DNA from: a virus
IMG/VR virus record: IMGVR_UViG_3300032308_002010
Location: 96,001 to 160,000 of that record
Length of the DNA: 64,000 nt
Reading direction: 5' to 3' (one strand)
In this document: piece after piece, positions 35,717 through 46,460 of the stretch
How the letters are laid out: every line of letters begins with the position of its first letter
Position numbering within the stretch: the first letter of the stretch is position 1
Notes under the pieces: model-generated
The model's input: the letters and a program-made list of their open reading frames with translations, nothing else
What the model was told of the DNA's origin: nothing
Databases searched by the model: none
Position numbers and translations under genes: made by a program

Positions 35717-36616
35717 GTGATGCTAAACAACAAGCTCGTCTACTACGGCTATGACCACCCGCAAATAAACCCTATGGTTGAGGCGCTGTGCGCGCAATTA
35801 GGGCTTGAATTTCATTTTGAAGAGATCGTGCGTATATCCGCGCCAGATGAGCCGCAAGAACCAACGCGCCGAAGCCCGTACCGCGTATTTTTGAAAACTT
35901 CTAGTTGCGCCAACATGGTCTGTATGTGGAACGGCATGCACCGTTACGGGCCGCTATTAACAGACCTGTGCAACGCCAAAGCCATACCGAAATTTTACAT
36001 TGAATACGGATTATTCCCACACCGCGAAAACATCTTTGTCGACCCCGTAGGTTCGTGCGGGCGCTCTATTTTGAATAATGATTTGTCTTGGGTTACGCCG
36101 GCAGATATGACCGCGCTGCAAAACAAGCGTGAAGAAATGCAAGGTTGGTATGAAGTCAGCGACGATGACTACATTATGGTTCCGCTGCAAAATGAAAGCG
36201 ACCCGCAAGTTCTGTATTACACAAAATACAAAACAATGCACGAATTTGTATCAGACGTGGTCGCTATGTACCCCAACAATAGAATTGTCGTTAAAGAGCA
36301 CCCAACAGAAGAAGCATCATTTCAGCAGGAGTGGATGCGAAATAACCCAGACTCGTCAATTGAGTTTGTGGCGGGACCAGTAGATTTTTTACGTGTTGCC
36401 GCGAAAGCTTCTGTTGTTGTTGGACTCACGTCGACCACGCTGTACGAGGCTGGCGTACTTGGCAAGACTGTCGTAGCGCTTGGAAATCACCCGCTAGCCG
36501 GAGCCGACGAAACAGATAAAGAAAAAATTCTTGCTGGCGCGCTGGCGTTGAACGTCAATATGGAAACTGGAAACATAAAGTCTGTATTAGATCGCTTCGG
36601 CATACAGCCGTTATGA
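35717..36616 (+). CDS. KpsS/KpsC-like capsule-synthesis (beta-Kdo transferase-like) protein 1
   Basis: YIEYGLFP..IFVDPVG, VPLQNESDPQV, VVKEHP, STTLYEAGVLGK. Confidence 0.75.
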   Translation: MMLNNKLVYYGYDHPQINPMVEALCAQLGLEFHFEEIVRISAPDEPQEPTRRSPYRVFLKTSSCANMVCMWNGMHRYGPLLTDLCNAKAIPKFYIEYGLFPHRENIFVDPVGSCGRSILNNDLSWVTPADMTALQNKREEMQGWYEVSDDDYIMVPLQNESDPQVLYYTKYKTMHEFVSDVVAMYPNNRIVVKEHPTEEASFQQEWMRNNPDSSIEFVAGPVDFLRVAAKASVVVGLTSTTLYEAGVLGKTVVALGNHPLAGADETDKEKILAGALALNVNMETGNIKSVLDRFGIQPL

Positions 36617-37491
36617 CGAACAAAAAACTTTTTCACTACGGCGGCAACAGTATTTCCCGCAAAGCGTTTGAAGAAGCGCTTTTAAGAAAATTGGCTGACG
36701 ATTACGGCTTAGAGTTAGAAATAGTTTGGCCTGCGTGCCCACATGTCGCTTTTGTAGAAGCGGCTAAGACAGCCAAATACGCAAATTTAATTACTCTGTG
36801 GAACGGGTCTTTGTGTTGCGGGCCATTGTTCACCCGTCTATGCAAAGCAAAAAAAATTCCACACTGTTATCTAGAGTGGGGAATGCTGCCGCAAGAGACA
36901 CACATCTTTTTTGACCCGCGCGGGTTTGCAGGCGATTCGATCATGAACTATGACGTGTCGTGGGTAGGGCAGGAAGATTTAGATAACTTGGCGCGCAAAC
37001 GACAAGAATTGCAAAGCTGGTATCCGCGTAAAGACGAGGGCTACATACTTGTACCCCTGCAAAAAGAAAACGATACGCAGATTTTGTATCACACGCCATA
37101 TTTATCTATGAACGAATTTGTTGAAGATGTGATTCGCCGCTACCCAAAAAACAAAATTATGGTCAAGCCGCACCCGAAAGACGACAACGTGCAGCTTTTT
37201 ATGTCGCGCTGGCGGGCTGAAAAAAGAATTGAAATTGTGCCGGCACCAGCAGATTTTTTACGTTTGGCGGCAAAAGCAACACTGGTTGTCGGCCTAACTT
37301 CTACAACGCTATACGAGGCGGGCGTATTAGGCGTACCAGTCGTATCATTAGCGCGGCACCCAATGTCAATCCACAGCCCACACGACAAAGAACGCGTGCT
37401 TGCCGCGGCTGTTGCGCTTAACTTAGATAGTAAAACCGGCGATTTAAAGCCGCTGCTAGACCGCTTTGGTATAGTGCCTCGCGCCTATTGA
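36613..37491 (+). CDS. KpsS/KpsC-like capsule-synthesis protein 2 (tandem paralog)
   Basis: YLEWGMLP..FFDPRG, VPLQKENDTQI, VKPHP, STTLYEAGVLG; ATGA overlap. Confidence 0.75.
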   Translation: MTNKKLFHYGGNSISRKAFEEALLRKLADDYGLELEIVWPACPHVAFVEAAKTAKYANLITLWNGSLCCGPLFTRLCKAKKIPHCYLEWGMLPQETHIFFDPRGFAGDSIMNYDVSWVGQEDLDNLARKRQELQSWYPRKDEGYILVPLQKENDTQILYHTPYLSMNEFVEDVIRRYPKNKIMVKPHPKDDNVQLFMSRWRAEKRIEIVPAPADFLRLAAKATLVVGLTSTTLYEAGVLGVPVVSLARHPMSIHSPHDKERVLAAAVALNLDSKTGDLKPLLDRFGIVPRAY

Positions 37492-38798
37492 CCGCCAATT
37501 ATTGGCACACATTTGTAGTAGCGGCCGTCGGCTGCCAGTGTGCAACCCGTGTACGGCGCCTGACACTCCTGAATCATTGAACTAGCACATCTAAAAATGC
37601 AGGTAAGTCTAGAGTTTGTGGAATTATAGGTAAAAACAGAGCGCGCGTTGCCGTTCCCGTCGTATAAAAACACACTCTCAGAATATGTTTGCACGGTCGA
37701 TCCGTTTAAAATTTGGTACCATTCACCGACAAACGGGAGGCCAGAAAACGAGTATACAGTGATATTTGTTGGCGTAAATACTGTAGAAAAACTTGCCGGC
37801 CCGACGGAGGCGCCAGTAATAAAATAAGCTATTGGGGGCGTGTTCAAACGCAATACCCCGCCCGTGATAGATGTTGAACCGGTGTAAGACACCGCACCAG
37901 AAAATATTTGCGTGTTTGTACCTTGCTTCACGATGCTGAGGGCGCCACTGATAAAGCCGCCGTAGTCGTGTTCGTACGTCCCGTCGCCGCCAAGTGTGAG
38001 TGTCGCGGCAGTCGAGCTAAGCACTCTGCCGCGAGCAGGCGGCGCGCCGTATTCCAAATCTTGCCCGCCGGTCAACGAATGCACTGATTGGTTGTATCCG
38101 TTTAGATCAAATACCGAGTCCGACGGGTCCCAATCTGTGAGAAAGCCAAAAACAAATGTGTTGTTAAAAACGTTGGCGGCGTTTGCCCGAATTTTGCAAC
38201 CGTAGAAGTCCAAATTTGAACCCGGTTGATCCGGGTTCATCGTCATTGTGTTCGTGCCGCCAAAACCAAAAACGGATAAATTGTTGTTGTCAGCCGACGA
38301 GATAAAAATAGAGGTTGGCGCGCCGCTTAGCGCTGAATTGATATTACACGTTCCTCTCAAATCCACTGTGCTGATAGAGCAGGCGGACGAATCAAAATTT
38401 ATCTGTCCGCCGGTAATCGTGCGGGTAAATGATGGCGCGCCCGTCGTATAATTGACGCCGCCCGCGAAACTCAGCGAACCTACATTAACGGTACCTGAAA
38501 CGTTTATGGTGATATCTGCTGCAGAGCCGCTAAAATACGCATCAACATAGCGGCCAGAAGTCGCGCTTTTGCTGTTTGTCCACGCGCGATAAACGCCGGC
38601 AGCATTTAACGTTGGTGAACTAATTCCAGAATAACTCGCTGCATCTATTTCGCCGGTCCACCAGTTTTGGCCAGCGCTTGCAGACCACGTACCGCCACTT
38701 GTAGTAAACGGCGGCGGCCCGGCGTCGGAATCCCAACTCAGCGTTGTTACGTCAGCCGGTTTTCTAGTAGCTGCGATGCTGTTGCCGTGAAAACTCAT
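37485..38798 (-). CDS. beta-rich adhesin-like protein with autotransporter-associated beta-strand repeat
   Basis: FDLNG.NQSV.SL.G...ISGALSIVKQGTNTQIFSGAVSYTGST.ITGGVL. Confidence 0.75.
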   Translation of the reverse strand: MSFHGNSIAATRKPADVTTLSWDSDAGPPPFTTSGGTWSASAGQNWWTGEIDAASYSGISSPTLNAAGVYRAWTNSKSATSGRYVDAYFSGSAADITINVSGTVNVGSLSFAGGVNYTTGAPSFTRTITGGQINFDSSACSISTVDLRGTCNINSALSGAPTSIFISSADNNNLSVFGFGGTNTMTMNPDQPGSNLDFYGCKIRANAANVFNNTFVFGFLTDWDPSDSVFDLNGYNQSVHSLTGGQDLEYGAPPARGRVLSSTAATLTLGGDGTYEHDYGGFISGALSIVKQGTNTQIFSGAVSYTGSTSITGGVLRLNTPPIAYFITGASVGPASFSTVFTPTNITVYSFSGLPFVGEWYQILNGSTVQTYSESVFLYDGNGNARSVFTYNSTNSRLTCIFRCASSMIQECQAPYTGCTLAADGRYYKCVPIIGGQ

Positions 38799-38816
38799 AC
38801 TGCACCCGGCAAATAT

Positions 38817-39698
38817 TTAGTTGGTTTTAGCGCCGATGTAGTGGCCCTCTACAATAGACGACCCAACTGCGCGCAACAAAAACAGATGGGTCCCAATCGC
38901 GAGCGGGGCGGCAGGCGGCTGGTTAAACCAGTCAGTCACAATAGTCCACGTTACAGTAGTCGCAGTGGATACTGTGATTCGCAAAACTACGTCGGCTGTA
39001 ATGCTTGTCGTCGGCCATCCGGTGCCTTTTGTAAACGTAGTCGCCGCACCGCTAAGTGTAAGTGTTTGAAAAATACGATCGGAGCCAAAGTTAATCGCGT
39101 TGGAGCCTGAAATAGTCCCGAGCGCGAACACCGCATTGTTTATCGTACTGACGCCAGATGGTCCTGTCGGACCTAATGGGCCGGTTGCGCCAACAGGCCC
39201 GGTTGCACCACCGGGGCTGCCCGCGACGCCAGTGGGTCCAAGTGGCCCCGTCGGTCCGGTTACGCCAGTAGCACCCAGCGGGCCGGTTGCGCCAACAGGC
39301 CCGGTTGCACCACCTGCGCTGCCAGTTATGTGTACGCCAAAAAAAGTATCCGTGCTTGCCGGGGCAACACTAAATGTAATTTGCGCGCCAGATACTGTGT
39401 AACTAACGCCCGGTTCCTGAATCACGCCGTTCAAAGATATTAATAAACTGTTGGCGTTTTTCGGCGTGACTGCGGTTGAGTTACTTGTCAGATTAAACGT
39501 CGTCGTGCTGCCGTTAAACGTAGGCGCGTCAAGTTTCGCGTTTAAGCTGGATTTGATCGTCAGCGGTTCGATGTCTCCCGCTGCGTTTTTGTAGTACAGA
39601 AGGCCGTCGGCGTAATTGATCGCTAATTCGCCGTGGTTTAGCGTCGGCGGCGCAGCACTTGCAGTGCCGCTTTTTTTTATCAGAATAGTGTTTGGCAT
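38817..39698 (-). CDS. tail-fibre-associated protein with a short collagen segment
   Basis: [11 protein letters not shown]...[15 protein letters not shown]-terminus; [11 protein letters not shown]; GAT/GPT repeats. Confidence 0.8.
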   Translation of the reverse strand: MPNTILIKKSGTASAAPPTLNHGELAINYADGLLYYKNAAGDIEPLTIKSSLNAKLDAPTFNGSTTTFNLTSNSTAVTPKNANSLLISLNGVIQEPGVSYTVSGAQITFSVAPASTDTFFGVHITGSAGGATGPVGATGPLGATGVTGPTGPLGPTGVAGSPGGATGPVGATGPLGPTGPSGVSTINNAVFALGTISGSNAINFGSDRIFQTLTLSGAATTFTKGTGWPTTSITADVVLRITVSTATTVTWTIVTDWFNQPPAAPLAIGTHLFLLRAVGSSIVEGHYIGAKTN

Positions 39699-39761
39699 TT
39701 TAGTGCTGAGCGCTACGGGTAGAGGGCAGATATTATGCCCGCAGCCGACAAAACACGCAAA

Positions 39762-40130
39762 TCATTCGGCCGCACTGACGTTGAATTGCGTATGCGGCTG
39801 CCATTTGAGCGTTGATTCTTTTTCGGGCGTGTTCGGGTCGTCGCCGATGTAGCGCCCATTTGAGCCGCGGGGCTGGTCATAAATCCACTCGCTTTCGTCC
39901 GGGGCGAGCCAGACGTCAAAACGCGCGGGGTTTTGCGGCGCGACTTCAGCCCATTGGTCAAATGGATCGATTATTGGACTAGACAATGTAACGCTATGCG
40001 GTTGCGTCGGGTCAAAGTCTGGCACAAGATTGTCGGCAATATCTTGTATAACCTGCGCAAGCGCCGCGTTTGTATTGCTAGCCGTTATGCGCTTGTAAAA
40101 AACGCCCTGTACTGTTACGTCAAATTTCAT
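39762..40130 (-). CDS. hypothetical protein
   Basis: In fibre operon. Confidence 0.65.
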   Translation of the reverse strand: MKFDVTVQGVFYKRITASNTNAALAQVIQDIADNLVPDFDPTQPHSVTLSSPIIDPFDQWAEVAPQNPARFDVWLAPDESEWIYDQPRGSNGRYIGDDPNTPEKESTLKWQPHTQFNVSAAE

Positions 40131-40138
40131 AGCGACAC

Positions 40139-43100
40139 CTAGAAGCTACCGCCGTCGATTACGCAATCAGCGACCGCGTTGCACAATTCATTGGCGGCGA
40201 ATTTAGCCGCTGTTAACGTACCGTCTGCAACCTTGGCGTTTGTCACCGCGCTGTCGGCAATGCCGGCCGTGGCAATTGTGCCGAAACCGAGCGTCGTACC
40301 GGACAGGCGCAAAACTTGGCCATCAGCAGTAGCTGCGATATCAGCGGGGACGCCGGAACTATTGGCGCTGCGGCCAATAACAGACGTCGCAGAACTATTT
40401 CGCAACTTTGCGTTCGTAACTGCCCCGTCGGCAAGCTTAGCGGTTGTTATTTCGCCGTCGGCTACGCCGGCCGATGCAATGGAGCTATCAACGTACGCCT
40501 TGGTTGCCGCGTCTGTATTGTTTGTCGGCGTTGCGAGGCTGGTGATGCGTTTTGACGCTACGTCGACTGTTCCCGTGCCGTTGGGCACAAGATTGACGTT
40601 CGTGTCCGTCCCGCCGGCAGTAAATGTGAGCGCGCCAGTACCGGTAATAGACCCGTTATTTGTACCCGTACCGCCGTTTGCCACAGCGATCGTCGTGCCG
40701 TTCCAAACGCCCGCTGTAATCGTGCCGACACTTGTCAGGCTCGAACTTGTAACTCCCGAACCAAGAGCAGTGGCTGAAAGAACAGACGTGCCAGCAACGC
40801 GATAAACTTTGCCGGTGGCGACGTCGAAGTCTTCGCTGCTCGTCCAAGCGTTTGTTGCGCTGATCCAGTTGAGAGTCTTGTCTGTCGTGCCTTTCAGCGT
40901 GATGCCACCGCCGTCGGCTGAGACGTCAGACGCACCCGCAATGTTAAATGTGGTTGCACCAGCAGTTGCCGCCGAAGGCGTCGTGATCGTGAGGGAATTA
41001 TTCGTCGAGCTTGCGACAATACTGGCGATTACAGAACCCGCAGGTATCCCGGTGCCAGTTACGGCTTGCCCGACAACTACACCCGCAAGTTGTGCTATTC
41101 CGAATCCAAGGGCTATCACAGCAGTAGTGGAATTTGTTACAGATATGGTTCCCGTGTAGGGTCCAGACGCGACAACGCTTCCAAGTTCGATATTTTTATC
41201 GTCAACAGTGACCGTTCGCGTATTTAACGTGGTTGTCGTTCCGTTTACTGTTAAATCACCAGCAACAACTAAATTTCCAGAAACATTGGCTGTAGAGAGG
41301 TTGGTTGTGCCGTTGAGGTTGTTTGTATAGCCCGACGCGCCAAGATTAATAACTGCGGAACCGCCATTCATATTTCCTGTGGCAATATTAACTGTTCTTA
41401 AACCACCAAAGACGCCGCCGTTCGCTAAATTCAACGTCGTCGCCGCGCCAAACGCATTCACGGTCGTGGCTGTGGTGTTGAATACATTAAACGACGTGCT
41501 ATCTGTTGTGACGCTCGTCGTGAACTGCGGGCTGGTTGAGAAGACAACTGTGTTAGAACCCGTCTCGTCTGTCAGCGCCGCCGCAAGGTTTGCACTGCTG
41601 GGCGTGGCCAAGAACGTCGCGACGCCAGTTCCGAGGCCAGACACGTCAGTCGCAATAGCAACCTGCGCGCTACCCGAAGTTACGCGGCCATAGGCGTCCG
41701 TCGTAACCTTGGCGTACGTACCCGCGGTGCCTACTGTGGCAAGGTTAACCGAGTCTGCCGTGACAGACAGCGCGCCGTTGCCTGTTGAAACAACGTCGAG
41801 CGTGGCGCCTGTTTTCGTAAGACCAGCGCCGGCGACAATGTTTGTGTTTGCCGCCGCATACGTGTAAAAGTCGCCGTACGTAACATTCGTGGTGCCGACG
41901 GTGATGCTGCCGGTATTCGTGTTGACGAACGTTTTGCGGGCGTTCACCTGCCCGTCTAGCACATAAACATTTGCGCCTAAAAGTTCGGCGCCTGTGTCGG
42001 AGTCGATGGCGCGGTTAAGAAAGCCATTGCCACCCCTAACATAAATACCGTTTTGGGTTGCATTCGTTTGATTCTTTAAAAGAACGCGATCTCCAGTTTT
42101 AAGCGAAACTTGGTCAATATAACCGGGAGCGGGGGATAAGGAGACGTTTTCCGTACTCGCGGCTGTTACAGCGTCTTTAGTTGTAGTAGATAAGCCAAAC
42201 GTGGAAATGATGGCGGTATTGATGTCGTCCGCCAGCGCGAGATTGCCTGTTTTATGCGGCAAGAAAAGTTTGTAATCACCCGAGGCCCAAGTTGTTTGCG
42301 CGTAACTGTTTGTAATAAGCCACGTGCAGTCGTTGTCGGCGTCATAATTGTTATCAACAGCAAAATTGATTTGCGCGTACTGACTATTTGGGTTACGGAT
42401 ACTCAGAAAAATGTCAGGGTTCTGTGTGCTTGCATCGAAAAAAGCGCGCATCGTGTTGAAAATATAAGAGTCGCCTTGGACGTCACTCGGGTCGCTGCTA
42501 TTGGGAGAGAAGGTTGCTCCGCCTGTCGCGCTTAACGTGCCACCGAACGTGCCGGTGCCACTCGCCGTGATGTTGCCGAGGCCGTCAACAAAGAATTTTT
42601 CGTCGGCCGCGCCCAAGGTGCCATACGCCGTGACGTTGCCTTCCGTCACGACGTTGCCGACGTTGTCAACAGCGAAAAAACCGGCCGCCGCGCTCAGATC
42701 GCCGAACGTGCCGGAGCCAGCAGTCGTAACGTTGCCGCTGCCGCCGTCAACAGTGAACTTGCCAACCGCCGCGCTCAGGCCGGAGCCGAACGAGCCGCTG
42801 GCCGCCGATAGCGAGCCAGCCGTCGTGACGTTGGCGCCGCTGTCGACATTAAAATAATTTTCACCGCTGCCACCAGCACTGATGGTGTTGGCAGAGATGT
42901 AGCCGCTCGCCGTGACGTTGCCGCCCGCAGAGACGTTGCCGCCCGCAGAGACGTTGGCCATCGTCTCAAGGCCGGTGCTTGCGTAGAGTGTGCTGCCTAC
43001 GTTGACGGCGCCGCTGCTGTTAACAGTGAACGCGCCGCCCGCAGTGCTCAGGGTGCCGGTCGTCGAGACGTTGCCGCTGGTGTCAACGATGAAGGCGCCG

Positions 43101-43939
43101 CTCGCCGCGCTTAGGATGCCGAGCGTGGCGATGCCACTCGCCGCGATGTTGCCGCTGGCGTCAACGGCGAAGTTGCCGTCCGCCGCGCTCAGGGTGCCTT
43201 CCGTTGCAACGTTGCCGTCTTCGTCGATAGCGCAGTCAGACACAGCCAAACTGCCTGCAATAATCGCGCCGTTAGTTCCGTAAATAACCGCTTTGCCGTT
43301 AACGATCGTGTTCGCCACGGAACCGTCGAGCAGGTTGAGTTCGTCGGCGGTGGACGTGACGTCTGTTCCGTTAAGTCGCAGCGACCCGAGGTAGCCAGCG
43401 GTTGCTTCAATACGAGCAGCGCCGCTAATTATGCCTACGTTGTTTAAAGATAAGTCGCCGAGGTCGCTGACAACGAAATAACCGTCGGCAATGTTCAGCG
43501 ACTTTGCTTTGACCTCGCCCGCCGAACCGTAAATCACCGCCTTGCCATTAACGACAGTATTCGCGACAGAGCCGTCCACAAGGTTGAGTTCTGCTGCGCT
43601 GGACGTGACACCCGTGCCGCCAATCTGGAATGTGCCGACTAAATTTGTCGTGCCGTTAAACGTGTTCGTAAACCCAGCCGACCACGTATTGCTGGCGCCG
43701 AGTTTGGCGTAACTCGACAGGTCGGCGCTGGCAATGGCGCTGTCTACATAGCTCTTGGTCGCAAACGTGCCATCACCGCCGATAGCAATAACGCTAGTGG
43801 CTACGCCAGAACCGTTATTGCCTTTGCCGTAATACAGCGTGTTATTGACTTCATTGAAGGCTAATTCGGCGTTGGCGAGCGTGCTAGGCGCTCCGGTGGC
43901 TCCTGAGCCGCGCCGTTTGATGCGCAGTGTATTCGGCAT
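40139..43939 (-). CDS. long tail fibre protein
   Basis: MPNTLRIKRR..AELAFNE..LYYG; GNVxAxG repeats; RVLLKNQT.ATQNGIYV; TTTLNT..VTVDDKNIELG; DGxxTxAKL repeats. Confidence 0.85.
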   Translation of the reverse strand: MPNTLRIKRRGSGATGAPSTLANAELAFNEVNNTLYYGKGNNGSGVATSVIAIGGDGTFATKSYVDSAIASADLSSYAKLGASNTWSAGFTNTFNGTTNLVGTFQIGGTGVTSSAAELNLVDGSVANTVVNGKAVIYGSAGEVKAKSLNIADGYFVVSDLGDLSLNNVGIISGAARIEATAGYLGSLRLNGTDVTSTADELNLLDGSVANTIVNGKAVIYGTNGAIIAGSLAVSDCAIDEDGNVATEGTLSAADGNFAVDASGNIAASGIATLGILSAASGAFIVDTSGNVSTTGTLSTAGGAFTVNSSGAVNVGSTLYASTGLETMANVSAGGNVSAGGNVTASGYISANTISAGGSGENYFNVDSGANVTTAGSLSAASGSFGSGLSAAVGKFTVDGGSGNVTTAGSGTFGDLSAAAGFFAVDNVGNVVTEGNVTAYGTLGAADEKFFVDGLGNITASGTGTFGGTLSATGGATFSPNSSDPSDVQGDSYIFNTMRAFFDASTQNPDIFLSIRNPNSQYAQINFAVDNNYDADNDCTWLITNSYAQTTWASGDYKLFLPHKTGNLALADDINTAIISTFGLSTTTKDAVTAASTENVSLSPAPGYIDQVSLKTGDRVLLKNQTNATQNGIYVRGGNGFLNRAIDSDTGAELLGANVYVLDGQVNARKTFVNTNTGSITVGTTNVTYGDFYTYAAANTNIVAGAGLTKTGATLDVVSTGNGALSVTADSVNLATVGTAGTYAKVTTDAYGRVTSGSAQVAIATDVSGLGTGVATFLATPSSANLAAALTDETGSNTVVFSTSPQFTTSVTTDSTSFNVFNTTATTVNAFGAATTLNLANGGVFGGLRTVNIATGNMNGGSAVINLGASGYTNNLNGTTNLSTANVSGNLVVAGDLTVNGTTTTLNTRTVTVDDKNIELGSVVASGPYTGTISVTNSTTAVIALGFGIAQLAGVVVGQAVTGTGIPAGSVIASIVASSTNNSLTITTPSAATAGATTFNIAGASDVSADGGGITLKGTTDKTLNWISATNAWTSSEDFDVATGKVYRVAGTSVLSATALGSGVTSSSLTSVGTITAGVWNGTTIAVANGGTGTNNGSITGTGALTFTAGGTDTNVNLVPNGTGTVDVASKRITSLATPTNNTDAATKAYVDSSIASAGVADGEITTAKLADGAVTNAKLRNSSATSVIGRSANSSGVPADIAATADGQVLRLSGTTLGFGTIATAGIADSAVTNAKVADGTLTAAKFAANELCNAVADCVIDGGSF

Positions 43940-43986
43940 TTTTGAACTCCGCGTAGGTATGGCAGTAGGTGCAGTATATCAAATCG

Positions 43987-44253
43987 CTAAAAAGTCCCGC
44001 CATCCAATTGTTCTTCTACCCAGTCAGCATTTGTTAAATTTTCCGTTAGTGTCCAGTTTACGTTTGTATCGAGCGTGCGCACGATCATGCCTATACTGCG
44101 CCGGGCTATAGGAATAGCGTCGCGGGCGGCGATATTGGCCACGGCGCGGTAACCGCCTTTGCCGTATTTCTCGTCATGCGTGGGGTATTCGTCGGTGTCC
44201 GCGAACGGGACAACCGGAGCAATAATATTTGTTCCCGGTATGTTCGTCATCAC
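43987..44253 (-). CDS. fibre-associated small protein
   Basis: APVVP...D.YPTH...YGKGGYRAV...ARDAIP..RR..GM.V. Confidence 0.7.
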   Translation of the reverse strand: MMTNIPGTNIIAPVVPFADTDEYPTHDEKYGKGGYRAVANIAARDAIPIARRSIGMIVRTLDTNVNWTLTENLTNADWVEEQLDGGTF

Positions 44254-46442
44254 GTCACCTGAACGCTAACACCCGTACCGCTCGTTTTGTTTTCGCTGCG
44301 GTAAATAATGTAGTTAGATGTATACCCGGACGCGTTGGTAAATGATAATGGCGTTTTCACCCAGCCGCTAGTGGGAAGACCGCCCACAAGGAAGGAACTC
44401 GCGTCGCCTAAATCTGCAGACCACGCAAAATAAATGTATTCGTTATTGGGGTCCAATGCGCGGGTCTGCTGCCGAGTTGTTCCGAAATCAGACCCAGACC
44501 GCGGCGAATCAGAGGCAGGTAAACCCAGAATACCCGCGCTGTTTAATGTTCCTGAAGAACTGCAGCCCCAATAGCGTTTATGCCGAGGAGTAAACACAAC
44601 GCTGTTTGACGTATTTACTGTGTTGGCTGGAATGGGCGTGCCAGACAGGTCTCCAAAGTTATCATATTTTTGCGGCCCGGCGGCGTACGTAACGTTACCG
44701 GTAAACGTCGTCGCAGCATTCAAGACAAAACTTTGCGCGAGAGAATCTGCTGTCGGCCCGGGGTCTGTGTTGACTACTGCACCGTTACGCAGGTATTGAA
44801 ACTGTGCAGCTGTACCGCCGTCGTTCTGAGACCATGAAAGATTTACAGAGACGGCAATGCTTTCACCAAACTCGTATGTAGTCGTATTGGGCGTAGCTAT
44901 TGTCAGGACTGGATTCACATACGTCGCGGGTATTCGTTTCTGGAGCATTTTTCTGATGATGCTTGTTAAAGTAGTTCCGGCTGTCACAACGCTGCCATTA
45001 GTGTAATCTCCCTGCTCAACCGCCAACACAGTGATATTTGTATCCAGAACAATGTCGTCAGCCTGTAGAACAACGGGACCTGTTTGCCCGTTTACGCTCA
45101 AAACAAAGTTTGTGGCGTCATTGCCGGCAGGACCTGTTGCTCCAGTAGCGCCACGAATACCTTGAATGCCTTGCGGCCCTGTTGGACCAGTAACGCCTAC
45201 AGGCCCGCGCCACGGCCCAAAATTAACCCACTCGCCAGACGCGCCAGACTCAATCCACGCTACCGCGTCGCCCGGCTGGATATCTAAAGCTACGGGGGCA
45301 GCGGCGGGCACTGTATCTACAGCAATCCACATGTCTCCAAAATTAGGTGCAAAGCTAGGTGGCCAGTTCACTAACTCGCCAAGTATTTTTAACGAGCCGC
45401 CTGTTAACCCGGTGGCACCTATCGGCCCCGTGGCGCCAGTTAAACCGGTAGCGCCTGTAGCGCCCGTTACGCCTGTAGCTCCAGCAACGCCTGTAGCTCC
45501 TGTAACGCCTGTAGCTCCAGCAACGCCTGTAGCTCCTGTAACGCCAACGCCAGTTGCTCCGGTAGCGCCATCTGTGCCAGTTCCGCCGCCACCAGAACCG
45601 GGAGGTCCTTGCGGCCCCTGTGGGCCTTGCGGGCCGACGGGCCCTGTAGCGCCGACCGGCCCAGCAGCGCCTGTTACGCCAACACCGGTCGCGCCCTGTA
45701 AACCAGTGGCGCCCGTGGCGCCGACAGCGCCAGCAACACCAGTAGCGCCCTGTACGCCTGTTGAACCCGGAGCGCCGCTGGCTCCTGTAAATCCTTGCGG
45801 ACCAGTAGCGCCTTGAAAGCCGATGGAACCTTGAGGGCCGGTCGCGCCCGTTACACCAACACTGCCAGTAGGCCCAGTTTGTCCCGCCGGACCTGTAGCG
45901 CCTCTGGGGCCTGTTGCTCCCGGAGATCCACCACCGCCGCCGCCAGAATCTGGCGCGCGCGTGTACATGAAACGCGCGATGATGTCAGCTGAAAAGTATG
46001 GCGGCAGTGTGCCCGCTAAGGCATCAGGAAGCGGATGCAGTATTGGCCACCCATTTTTAACTGCAAAAAGCAAACCTTCCGTATTGGTAGACGGGATTAA
46101 ACCATCACCGTCAGAGTTTTCATTTAGAAAAGCGTTGTATTGCTGCTCATCTTCGAGCGTGCAGTTAATAGACGTGTTTGTTGCCGTTACAAGATCTACG
46201 GCAATAATTTTAAGAATCAAACCGCGGCCACTAGTTACCACGTAATCGCCAAGTTCGATGTCGTGCGCTGTGTAGTAAAAAGCAGTCGGGGAATCCGGGT
46301 AGCCGTGCTGCTGCGGATTGATGTACAGCGTGGCCGTCCAGCGATACGCGTTATTGTTCCAATAACTGGCTGGCAAACGGTCTGGTAATTCGACTACGTT
46401 TGTCAGCTGTATCTGCAGAATTTTTGGCGGGGCGAGAGTCAT
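44250..46442 (-). CDS. collagen-like virion protein with Ig-like/beta C-terminal region
   Basis: Central GAT/GVT collagen block; [11 protein letters not shown] motif. Confidence 0.85.
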   Translation of the reverse strand: MTLAPPKILQIQLTNVVELPDRLPASYWNNNAYRWTATLYINPQQHGYPDSPTAFYYTAHDIELGDYVVTSGRGLILKIIAVDLVTATNTSINCTLEDEQQYNAFLNENSDGDGLIPSTNTEGLLFAVKNGWPILHPLPDALAGTLPPYFSADIIARFMYTRAPDSGGGGGGSPGATGPRGATGPAGQTGPTGSVGVTGATGPQGSIGFQGATGPQGFTGASGAPGSTGVQGATGVAGAVGATGATGLQGATGVGVTGAAGPVGATGPVGPQGPQGPQGPPGSGGGGTGTDGATGATGVGVTGATGVAGATGVTGATGVAGATGVTGATGATGLTGATGPIGATGLTGGSLKILGELVNWPPSFAPNFGDMWIAVDTVPAAAPVALDIQPGDAVAWIESGASGEWVNFGPWRGPVGVTGPTGPQGIQGIRGATGATGPAGNDATNFVLSVNGQTGPVVLQADDIVLDTNITVLAVEQGDYTNGSVVTAGTTLTSIIRKMLQKRIPATYVNPVLTIATPNTTTYEFGESIAVSVNLSWSQNDGGTAAQFQYLRNGAVVNTDPGPTADSLAQSFVLNAATTFTGNVTYAAGPQKYDNFGDLSGTPIPANTVNTSNSVVFTPRHKRYWGCSSSGTLNSAGILGLPASDSPRSGSDFGTTRQQTRALDPNNEYIYFAWSADLGDASSFLVGGLPTSGWVKTPLSFTNASGYTSNYIIYRSENKTSGTGVSVQVT
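45469..45545. repeat. tandem 18-bp (36-bp dimer) repeat inside the collagen block
   Basis: acgcctgtagctccagca / acgcctgtagctcctgta alternating, 4.3 units. Confidence 0.9.
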
Positions 46443-46460
46443 AGCTCAACAACACCCCCG

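Noticed and set aside
31310-46400. Long plus-strand Pro/Val/Ala-rich ORFs (e.g. 31310-32302, 45166-45816)
   Set aside because: Antisense shadows of the GXY collagen codons.
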